This document shows positions 50,195 through 61,300 of a DNA stretch of 64,000 nucleotides, one piece after another. The notes below the pieces were generated by a model. It ran no database searches. It was given only the letters and a program-made list of their open reading frames with translations, and had not been told where the DNA came from. Source of the stretch: Anaeramoeba ignava BMAN. Lineage: Eukaryota > Protista > Anaeramoebae. The stretch spans positions 124,001-188,000 of the forward strand of contig JAPDFW010000063.1 in the NCBI GenBank assembly GCA_028826165.1, read 5' to 3'. Both the position numbers and the translations under genes were made by a program. Position 1 is the first letter of the stretch, and each line of letters starts with the position of its first letter.

Positions 50195-51958
50195 TTAATT
50201 ATTAAATTTGTTAATTAATAAATCAAATAAATTTGGATTTGTTTGATTTAATTGAAAATAATCAATTCCTCTTTGAATTTCATCAATAATTCGCTTTGTA
50301 ATTTGAATTTCTTCTTTAATTTGATTTGAATAAATCCAATATTCAAATATTTGAAATGAATTATTACTTAATTCACTATAATCTGTAACTTTATTAGAAG
50401 TATCTTTTGTTACAGATAAAAACATTCCCCGATATAATTCACTTCTCATTATTAATATTAATTTGGGAAATTTATATTGTTTTTCTTTTCTTTCAATTAT
50501 AAAATCTTTTTCATTTTCATTTTCATTTTCATTTAAATAAATTCTTTTCATTGTTTCTTCAATTCTTTCATTTGAAATTATAATTTCTTTAATTTCAGAA
50601 TATAATTTTGGATTTATAATTCTGTTTGAATAAATCATTTCAAATATTTGATTTGATTCTTTAATTGATTTTTTTGAAATAATTTCTTTAAGTTTTTCAA
50701 TTTGATTTTGATTTTGATTTAATCTATATTTCAATATTAATTTATGAGCTTCAATTATTTCTCCATTTCTTGTTTTAAATGAAATATCACAAAATTCTTT
50801 TCTTTCAAATAATTTTATCAAATCTTCTTCAAGATTAGAAAAAGGAGAAGGTAAATAATAAAGAAATGAATTGAAATATCCACAATAAATATGATAATTG
50901 GAAATTTCTCCATTAAATCTTAATTCAGGAAGTTCAATTTGAATTGGAATTAACTGTAAATTTGTATTTTCAGTTCCTAATTGACCATATTGATTATATC
51001 CAAATTCTATTAATTTTGAATTGGAAGTTAAAATCAAAGTATGAGCATCTCCAACAGAAATTTCAAGGATATTATCATTTTCAAATAAAGACGATTCGAT
51101 TTCAGTAAATTCATAAGTATCTTTATATATACCAATCCCATTACATTGATGATTGCCACATGAATAAAGTTTTCTTTTTGGATTTTCATTTTCATCTTCA
51201 ATCAACATTATTGAATGCCAATATCCACATTGAATATCAATTATTTTACCTTTTGGAATATTTCTGATTTTGGTTAATTTATAGATTTTTTCTTCTTTTC
51301 TTGATTCTCCTAATCCAAGTTGACCATATTCATTCCATCCACATCCAAATAATTCTTGATTTGAATTTAAAAGAAAAACATTTTCTGAAGAATTTCCTGT
51401 AAATATTTTAGAAACATTTTCATCATTAAAATTGGTTTTTGTGATTGCTTTTGTGATTTTTTTAAACCAAGTTGACCAAATTGATTTGAACCAATCCCAT
51501 AAGCATTATGATTTGAAGTTAATAAGTAAATTGAATAAGCTCCAGAAACCATATCTTTGAATTATTCTATCTTTTTTATTTTTTATTAATAATGAAATAT
51601 TGATAAATTCTTTTCGATTTTTTGGATTAATATCTTTTCCTTTGGCAAATACATTTCCTTCTGATGTTAAAATAGCTACATTATAACCATCAACAGTTAC
51701 TTTTTGAATATTTTCTTCAATTTGAATTTTTTCAGGATTTTGTTTTGGATCGTTTTCATTTAAGTATTCTATTGCTTTTCCATTTTCAAAAAGGAAAATT
51801 GTTGAAAAATAACCTGATGAAATTTGTTTAATTTGTTTTTCATTTTCATTTTCTTTTTCATTTTCAAATTTAAATTGAATTGGTTTTGTTATTTTATCTG
51901 GTTCATTTTTTAAAAGGATTGGTTCATCATTATAACCAAAAAATAAGCAATCATTCAT
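50195..51958 (-). CDS. RCC1-repeat + BTB-BTB protein, paralogue B (indels at ~51555 and ~51420)
   Basis: Tandem paralogue of A, split over three ORF-track entries by 1-bp indels; ATG at 51958. Confidence 0.85.
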
Positions 51959-52026
51959 TTTTAAAAAGTAAAAAATGAAAAAAAATAAAATCCAAAAATT
52001 CATTTTTTTTCTTTTCTTTTTCAAAA
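51959..52026. promoter_or_regulatory. 68-bp bidirectional promoter/5' region between head-to-head RCC1-BTB genes
   Basis: Divergent ATGs at 51958 (-) and 52027 (+), with one TTCATTTTT motif on each strand. Confidence 0.6.
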
Positions 52027-53770
52027 ATGAATGATATTTTTTTTGTTGGTTTCAATCAATATCCAAAACTTATAAAAAATAAAAAATGGTTAATAAAAAA
52101 AAGAACTCAATTTAAATTTGAAAATGAAAATGAAAATCAAAAACAAATTAAACAAATTTCATCATCAGGAAGATTTTCAACAATTTTCCTTTTTGAAAAT
52201 GGAAAAGCAATAGAATATTTAAATGAAAATCCTGAAAAAATAGAAATTGAAAATATTCAAAAAGTAACTGTTGGCTTTCGAAATGAAGCTATTTTAACAA
52301 TAGAAGGAAATGTATTTACAAAAGGAGAAGATATTAATCCAAAAAATCTAAATGAATTTATCAATATTTCATCATTAATTGAAGATACAAATGATAGAAT
52401 AATTGAAGATATTGTTTCTGGAGATAATTCAATTTATTTATTAACTTCAAATCAAAATGTTTATGGAATTGGTTCAAATGAATATGCTCAACTTGGTTTT
52501 AGATTCTAAAACACTTGAAAAAACAGAAAAACCAATTTTAATGATGAAAAATGTTTCTAAAATATTTACAGGAAATTCTTCAAATCATATTTTTCTTTTA
52601 AATTCAAATCAAAAATTATTTGGATGTGGTTGGAATGAATATGGTCAACTTGGATTAGGAGAATCAAGAAAAGAAGAAAAAATTGATAAATTAACCAAAA
52701 TCCAAAATATTCCAAAAGGCAAAATAATTGATATTCAATCTGGATGTATACATTCAATAATGTTGATTGAAAATGAAAATGAAAATCCAAAAAGAAAACT
52801 TTATTCATGTGGGAGTAATGCATATAGTGGAATTGACACAAATCATAAAATTTATGAATTTACTGAAATCAAATCATCTTTATTTGAAAATGATGATAAT
52901 ATTCTTGAAATTTCTGTTGGACATTACGATAATTTGATTTTAACAACAAAAGGGAAATTAATAGGATTTGGGAATAATGCTTATGGAGAATTAGGAACTG
53001 GAGATACCTATTTTCAATTTATTCCAATTCAAATTGAACTTCCTGAATTAAGATTTAATGAAAATATTTTCAATTATCATCTTTCTTGTGGATATCGTAA
53101 ATCATTTCTTTATTATTCTCCTTTCCTTTCTTTTTCTAATCTTGAAGAAGATTTGATAAAATTATTTGGAAGAAAAGAATTTAGTGATATTTCATTTGAA
53201 ACCAAAAATGGAGAAATAATTGAAGCTCATAAATTAATATTGAAATATAGATTAAATCAAAATCAAAATCAAATTGAAAAACTTAAAGAAATTATTTCAA
53301 AAAAATCAATTAAAGAATCAAATCAAATATTTGAAATGATTTATTCAAACAGAATTATAAATCCAAAATTATATTGTGAAATTAAAGAAATTATAAATTT
53401 AAATGAAAAAATAGAAGAAACAATGAAAAGAATTTATTTAAATGAAAATGAAAAAGATTTTATAATTGAAAGAAAAGAAAAACAATATAAATTTCCTAAA
53501 TTAATATTAATAATGAGAAGTGAATTATATCGAGGAATGTTTTTATCTGTAACAGAAGATAAATCAAATAAAGTTACAGATTATAGTGAATTAAGTAATA
53601 AATCATTTCAAATATTTGAATATTGGATTTATTCAAATCAAATCAAAAATGAAATTGAAATTACACAAGAAATTATTGATGAACTTAAAACTGGAATTGA
53701 TTATTTTCAATTAAATCAAACAAATCCAAATTTATTTGATTTATTAATTAAAAAGAATTTAATAATCAAA
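52027..53770 (+). CDS. RCC1-repeat + BTB-BTB protein, paralogue C (indels at ~52498 and ~53750; true 3' end approximate)
   Basis: Same architecture as A and B in inverted orientation. Confidence 0.85.
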
Positions 53771-53853
53771 ACCAAAATCAAAATCCAATTCAAAAAAAGA
53801 AAGGGAAATGTTTATTTTTTTAGTTTTTCGTTTTTCATTTTTCATTTTTTTCA

Positions 53854-55300
53854 ATGCAAAATTATTCAAATTTAATAAAACTTTCAAAAGATTTAAAAAA
53901 TTTATTTCAAAATCAAAATGAAAATGAAGGAGAAGGTTATTTTGATTTTGAAATAATTTGTAACAAAAACAAAAAAATTAAATTCAAAACTCATAAATCA
54001 ATTCTTTGTTCAAGAAGTGAATATTTTAAAACACTTTTTAAATCTAAAATGAAAGAATATCAAGAAAATAAATTAATTCTAAAAGATTTTTCAAGTTCAA
54101 TTATATCTTCAATTTTAAATTATTTTTATTCAGGAAAAATTGAAATTAATTCAGAAAATGCAGTTGAAATTTTAATTTTTTCATCAAAATATTTAATTGA
54201 TGAATTAATTGAATTTTGTTCAAATTTTGTTAAGAAGAATTTACAAATTGAAACTACTGTTGAAATTCTTAAATTATCTGAATCAATCAAGTTAAATGAT
54301 TTATCAAAATTTTGTTATCAATTTATTTTAAAAAATTTTGATAAATTTATCAAAACATCCATTTTTTCTTGAACTTGAAGAAAATCATTTAAATTCAATA
54401 TTATCAAATAATGATATTCCAACAAATGAATTTGAACTATTCCAATCAATAATAAAATGGGGAAAACATAAACTCAACATTAATCAAGAAAAAGAAATTG
54501 ATAAACAGGAAAAAGAACAAATTCAAGATCAAATTTCAAATGTTATTCATAAAATCAGATTTATTGATTTTTCAAATAAAAAAATTGCAAAGATTCTGAA
54601 AGAAGATTTAATTCCAAATCAAATTCATCAAGCAATAAATGACTTATTGATAATGAAAAGCCAAAAAAATGAAAGAGAATTACAAGAATTTATTGAAAGT
54701 CAAAAACAAAAACAAAAACAAAATTCATTCATTTTCAATTCAAGATTTAATTTTCATAATTCATCAATAATCCAAGCAAAAAAACACTTTATAAAATTAA
54801 AAGAATGGATAAATGATGATGAATTTATTTACAAAATGAAATTGGGATTTTCAGCAAAAAGAGATGGATTTTCAGCTCAAAAATGGCATGAAAAATGTGA
54901 TAATAAAGGAAAAACACTAGTTATTATTAAAACAAAAGATAATTTTATTTTTGGAGGATTTACTAAAGTTGGATTTATTTCAGGAAATAATAGATATATT
55001 AAAGATCCAAATGCATTTATTTTTTCATTAAGAAATGATAAAAATAATAGAAAACCAGAGAAATTTTCAATTAAACCAAAAGAAGATACATGGGCAATCT
55101 ATTATAATTTTTCAGATAATGGACCAAAATTTGGAGAAGATATCAAATTAAATTCTGATTTACAACCTGGTTTTTTAAATTTTGGATGGAATTATATTTT
55201 ACCTAAAGGAATTAAAGAAGGAACAGATGAAGCTAGAAGTTATTTAGGAGGATCTTTTGATAAATGGGTTGTTGAAGAACTCGAGACTTTTTTCATTTAA
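53854..55300 (+). CDS. BTB-BACK-TLDc protein (1-bp indel at ~54355)
   Basis: YFDFEIIC..FKTHKSILCSRSEYFKTLF..ILNYFYSG (BTB); FLELEE..ILSNND..NEFELFQSIIKW..IRF (BACK); C-terminal TLDc. Confidence 0.9.
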
Positions 55301-55319
55301 AAACTTTTTAAAAAATTAA

Positions 55320-56780
55320 ATTTAAATAAATCAAATTTAAATAAGTTAAAATAAATAAATTGAAATAAATTGAAATAAATAAATTAAAATAAATAAATTG
55401 GAATAAATAAATTGAAATGAAATAAATAAATTGGAATAAATAAATTGGAATGAATAAATTGAAATAAATAAATTGAAATAAATAAATTGGAATAAATAAA
55501 TTAAAATAAATAAATTAGAAATAAATAAATTGGAAATAAATAAATTGGAATGAAATAAATTGGAATAAATAAATTGGAATAAATAAATTGAAATAAATAA
55601 ATTGAAATAAATAAATTAGAAATAAATAAATTAAAATAAATAAATTGGAATGAAATAAATTGGAATAAATAAATTGGAATAAATAAATTGAAATAAATAA
55701 ATTGGAATAAATAAATAAATGTGGAATAAATAAATGTGGAATAAATAAATAAATGTGAAATAAATAAATAAATGTGAAATAAATAAATTGAAATAAATAA
55801 ATTGGAATAAATAAATTGAAATAAATAAATTGGAATAAATAAATTGAAATAAATAAATTGGAATGAAATAAATAAATTGAAATAAATAAATTGGAATAAA
55901 TAAATTGAAATAAATAAATTGGAATAAATAAATTGGAATAAATAAATTGGAATAAATAAATTGAAATAAATAAATTGAAATAAATAAAATTGAAATAAAT
56001 AAATTGGAAATAAATAAATTGGAAATAAATAAATTAGAAATAAATAAATTGGAATAAATAAATTGGAATAAATAAATTGGAAATAAATAAATTGGAAAAT
56101 AAATAAATTGAAAAATAAATTGGAAACTGGAAATAAATTGGAAACCGAAATAAAAAATTAAAATGAAATAAAAATTGAAATAAACAAATTGGAATAAATA
56201 AATTGGAAATAAATAAATTGGAATGAATAAATTGGAATGAATAAATTGGAATAAACAAATTGGAATAAATAAATTGGAATAAATAAATTGGAATAAATTG
56301 GAATAAATAAATTGGAATAAATAAAAAATAAATAAATTGAAAAAATAAATAAACTTAAAATAAATAAATTGGAATAAATAAATTGAAATAAATAAATTGG
56401 AATAAATAAATTGGAATAAATAAATTGGAATAAATAAATTGAAATAAATAAATTGAAATAAATAAATTGAAATAAATAAATTGAAATAAATAAACTGGAA
56501 TGAAATAAATTGAAATAAATAAATTGAAATAAATAAATTGAAATAAATTGGAATAAATAAATTGGAATAAATAAATTGGAATAAATAAATTGAAATAAAT
56601 AAATTGGAATAAATAAATTGAAATGAAATAAATTAAAATAAATAAATTGAAATAAATTGGAATAAATAAATTAGAAATAAATAAATTGGAATAAATAAAT
56701 TGGAATAAATAAATTAGAATAAATAAATTGGAATAAATAAATTAAAATAAATAAATTGGAATAAATAAATTGGAATAAAT
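55320..56780. repeat. 1.45-kb (GGAATAAATAAATT/GAAATAAATAAATT)n 14-mer satellite
   Basis: Tandem 14-mers visible directly. Confidence 0.95.
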
Positions 56781-56825
56781 TTTTCATTTTTCATTTTTCA
56801 ATTTTCAATTTTCATTTTTTTTTGA

Positions 56826-57882
56826 ATGGAAAAATTCAAACCTTATTTACGAAGAGAAAAAAATAAAGAAGAATTAGAAATAGAATTTCAAGATAATTGT
56901 TTTTTTCATGCAACAAAAGATGCGATATCTGGATTTGCTTATGGAGCTTTAATTGGAGGTATTTCTGGATTTGTTACAGGAATAAGAGACAAAAAAGCTG
57001 AAACTACAAAACAAAAATTTCTTTCTGTACTTAAAAATACAAGTCAAAAAGCTGTTATTGAGGGATTTGCATTTGCTCTTTCTAATATGTTATCTTCATA
57101 TTTCGAATGTTCAATAGAAAAAGTGATTTTAAATCCAAAATCAAAATCAAAATCAAAATCAAAATCAAAACCAAAATTAAAATTAAAATCAAAATTAAAA
57201 TCAAAATCAAAATCAAAATCAAAATCAAAATCAAAACCAAAATTAAAATTAATATCAAAATTAAAATCAAAATCAAAATTAAAATCAAAATCAAAATCAA
57301 AATCAAAATCAAAATCAAAATCAATATCAAAATTAAAATCAAAATCAAAATTAAAATCAAAATCCAAAATCAAAATCAAAATCAAAATCAAAACCAAAAC
57401 CAAAACCAAAACCAAAATCAAAATTAAAATCAAAATCAAAATTAAAATCAAAATCAAAATCAAAATCAAAATCAATATCAAAATCAAAATCAAAATCAAA
57501 TCAAAATCAATATCAAAATCAAAATCAAAATCAAAATCTAAATCAAAATCAAATCAAATCAAAATCAAAATCAAAATCAAAATCAAAATCAAAATCAAAA
57601 TTAAAATTAAAATTAAAATCAAAATCAAAATCAAAATCAAAATTAAAATCAAAATTAAAATCAAAATTAAAATATAAATTAAAAATAAAATCAAAATGAA
57701 AATCAAAATATAAATTAAAAATAAAATAGTATCGAGGCAAAACAGATGTTTGGAATGGTTTAATAGCAGGTTGCATTACAGGAGCCACTTTATCTGCAAA
57801 AGATGGACCAAATTCAGCATTAAAGGGATGTTTATCAGCAGCTTCTTTGCAATTTTTTTTCGATTCAATTAATAGAAAATGA
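56826..57882 (+). CDS. TIM22: Tim17/Tim22/Tim23-family translocase, Tim22-like; exons 56826-57122 and 57730-57882
   Basis: DNC followed by GxxxG helices (SGFAYGALIGGISG); spliced FECSIEK|YRGKTDVWNGLIAGCITGATL is the PRAT motif with Tim22-type cysteines. Confidence 0.8.
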
Positions 57883-57889
57883 AATCAAA

Positions 57890-58320
57890 ATTAAATCCAA
57901 AATCAAAATCAAAATCAAATTCCAAAATAATTTCAAAATAATTCCCTAAATAAAATCAAAATCAAAATTAAAATCAAATTCCAAAATAATTTCCTAAATA
58001 AAATTAAAATTAAAATTAAAATTAAAATCAAAATTAAAATCAAATTCCAAAATAATTTCAAAATAATTTCAAAATAATTCCCTAAATAAAATTAAAATCA
58101 AAATTAAAATCAAAATTCCAAATTAAAATCAAAATCAAAATAATTTCAAAATAATTCCCTAAATAAAATCAAAATCAAATTTAAAATCAAATTCCAAAAT
58201 AATTTCCTAAATAAAATTAAAATTAAAATTAAAATTAAAATCAAAATTAAAATCAAATTCCAAAATAATTTCAAAATAATTCCAAAATAATTCCCTAAAT
58301 AAAATTAAAATTAAAATTGA
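57890..58320. repeat. Composite tandem repeat (AAAATC, AAATTCCAAAATAATTT, TTCCCTAAATAAAAT)
   Basis: Higher-order repeated blocks between Tim22 and fimbrin. Confidence 0.85.
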
Positions 58321-58369
58321 AAATTTTTTTTTCATTTTTTTTTTTTCATTTTTTTTTTTCAATCAAAAA

Positions 58370-61300
58370 ATGAGTGATGAAGATGAAAATTATGATTTAG
58401 AAGAAACCATTCAAGAATTAGAAGAAGAAAATCGAACATTAGCAACAATAGGATTAGAATTATCAAAAAGAAATGTAGAATTAGAAGAAGAAATAGAAAT
58501 ATTACAACAACAAATGAGGCCTCAATTTATTTCATCACAATTTGAAGAAATTATTGATGAATTGAAAGTTGCTTTGAATGAAGAAAAGAAAAGAAATGAA
58601 TTCTTAAGAAGACAAGTTGATAATGCTGCGAAAATTGATCATTCTTATTTAATTCAATTGCGTGAAAAAGAAGCTCAAATTGATAATCTTCAATCTCGTT
58701 TAAGAAGTGAAAAAAGATTAATTTCTGAAAATGAAAATTTGAAAAATCAATTGGATAAACTTCAATCTTTGAGAATTGATATTAGTCTTGCTCAAGAAAA
58801 AGAAAGAGAATTGCAAAAAATTATAATTCAACTTCAAAATGAAAAACGTACAAAATTACAATCACAAATTAAAATTAAATTTAAAATTAAATTTAAAATT
58901 ATTTATAAAATTATTTATAAAATTATTTATAAAATTATTTATAAAATTATTTATAAAATTATTTATAAAATTATTTATAAAATTATTTATAAAATTATTT
59001 ATAAAATTATTTATAAAATTATTTATAAAATTATTTATAAAATTATTTATAAAATTATTTATAAAATTATTTATAAAATTATTTATAAAATTATTTATAA
59101 ATTTATTTATAAATTTATTTATAAAATTATTTATAAATTTATTTATAAAATTATTTATAAAATTATTTATAAAATTATTTATAAAATTATTTATAAATTT
59201 ATTTATAAATTTATTTATAAAATTATTTATAAAATTATTTATAAATTTATTTATAAATTTATTTATAAAATTATTTATAAAATTATTTATAAAATTATTT
59301 ATAAATTTATTTATAAATTTATTTATAAAATTATTTATAAATTTATATATAAAATTATATATAAAATTATTTATAAATTTATTTTATAAAATTATTTATA
59401 AATTTATATATAAAATTATATATAAAATTATATATAAAATTATTTATAAAATTATTAATAAAATTAAATATTAAATTAATTATAAAATTATTTATAAAAT
59501 TAATTATAAAATTATTTATTAAATTATTTATAAAAATTATTTATTAAATTATTTATAAAATTATTTATAAAATTATTTATAAATTTATTTATAAAATTAT
59601 TTATAAAATTATATATAAAATTATATATAAAATTATTTATAAAATTAAAATTAAAATTAAAATTAAAATTAAAATTAAAATTAAAATTAAAATTAAAATT
59701 AAAATTAATTAGAAAATGCTGAACAAAAAAATGATAGTCTTTCTAATAGAGTTTATACTTTAAAAGAAGAAATTGAATTACTTAATAAAGAAATTAAAAA
59801 TACAAGAGAACAACAATCAAAAATTAAACAACTTGAAAGAAGAAATAAAGAAATGAAAAGACAAGGAGTTTGGCTAGAACAATTATACATTAAAAATACA
59901 AACATTAAAGAATTTATTGAGAAAATATTAGTTTTTTATCAAAAAAAATACACAGAAGAAAAAAATATTGATTTTTTTGAAAAAGATACAAAAAATGCAA
60001 TTGAATCATTAAAAAACACATTAACAAAAGAAACAAAAGAATCAACTTCTATAGATGTTATGTTTTCAGGAATGGGAGTTAAATTTGGGCATGAAGAAGA
60101 GATATTATTATCAACAGATGAAATATTTAAGCATAAATTATTATATATGGTAGATTAATATTATTTTATATTTTATATTATTTTATATTTAATATTTAAT
60201 AATATTTTATATTTTATATTTTATATTATTTTATATTTTATATTTAATAATATTTTATATTTTATAATATTTTATATTTAATAATATTTAATATTATTTT
60301 ATATTTAATAATATTTAATATTTAATAATATTTAATATTTAATTATATTTTATATTTAATAATATTTTATATTTAATAATATTTTATATTTAATAATATT
60401 TTATATTTAATAATATTTTATTTTTAATATTTAATATTTTTTAATAATATTTAATATTTAATTATATTTTATATTTAATAATATTTTTATATTTAATAAT
60501 ATTTATATTTTTATATTATTTTATATTTAATAATATTTTATATTTAATAATATTTTTATATTTAATAATATTTTATATTTAATAATATTTTTATATTTAA
60601 TAATATTTTATATTTAATAATATTTTATATTTAATAATATTTTATATTTAATAATATTTTATATTTAATAATATTTAATATTTAATATTATTTTATATTT
60701 AATATTATTTTATATTTTTATATTTAATAATATTTTATATTATTTTATATTTAATAATATTTTATATTTAATTATATTTTATATTTTATATTATTTTATA
60801 TTTTATTATATTTTATATTTAATATTATTTTATATTTTATATTATTTTATATTTTATATTATTTTATATTTAATAATATTTTATATTTTATAATATTTTA
60901 TATTTTATATTTTATATTTTATATTATTTTATATTTAATAATATTTAATATTTAATAATATTTTATATTTAATAATATTTTATATTTTATATTATTTTAT
61001 ATTTTATATTTTTTTATATTTTATATTTTATATTATTTTATATTTTATATTATTTTATATTTAATAATATTTTATATTTAATATTTAATAATATTTTATA
61101 TTTAATAATATTTTATATTTTATAATATTTTATATTTAGACAGTAATATTGTTCATTCAAATAGAATTGGATATTTTACAACAACAAAAAGATCAATTAG
61201 AAAGAAAATCAAATGAACTTTCTGAAGAAATTGAAGAATCTCAACGTTCTTATTCATTACTTCAAAAAGCAAAAGAAAGAACTGAAGAACTTTTAAAAAA

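Noticed and set aside
6400-54372. Programmed ribosomal frameshifting to explain split ORFs (6440, 6707, 15745, 48815, 51420, 51555, 52498, 53750, 54355)
   Set aside because: The indels are single bases, mostly in homopolymers or microsatellites, differ between near-identical paralogues, sometimes compensate each other and share no slippery-site or stop context. Long-read error or pseudogenisation is simpler.
57930-58300. Interstitial telomeric repeats (CCCTAA)
   Set aside because: Only isolated single hexamers within a larger repeat unit; no tandem array.
3126-59474. Many ORF-track entries made of dipeptide or tetrapeptide repeats (IL, DI, LY, NF, KI, IYNF, IYKI)
   Set aside because: These are stop-free readings of intronic or intergenic microsatellites with no domain content; several lie inside introns defined by flanking exons.
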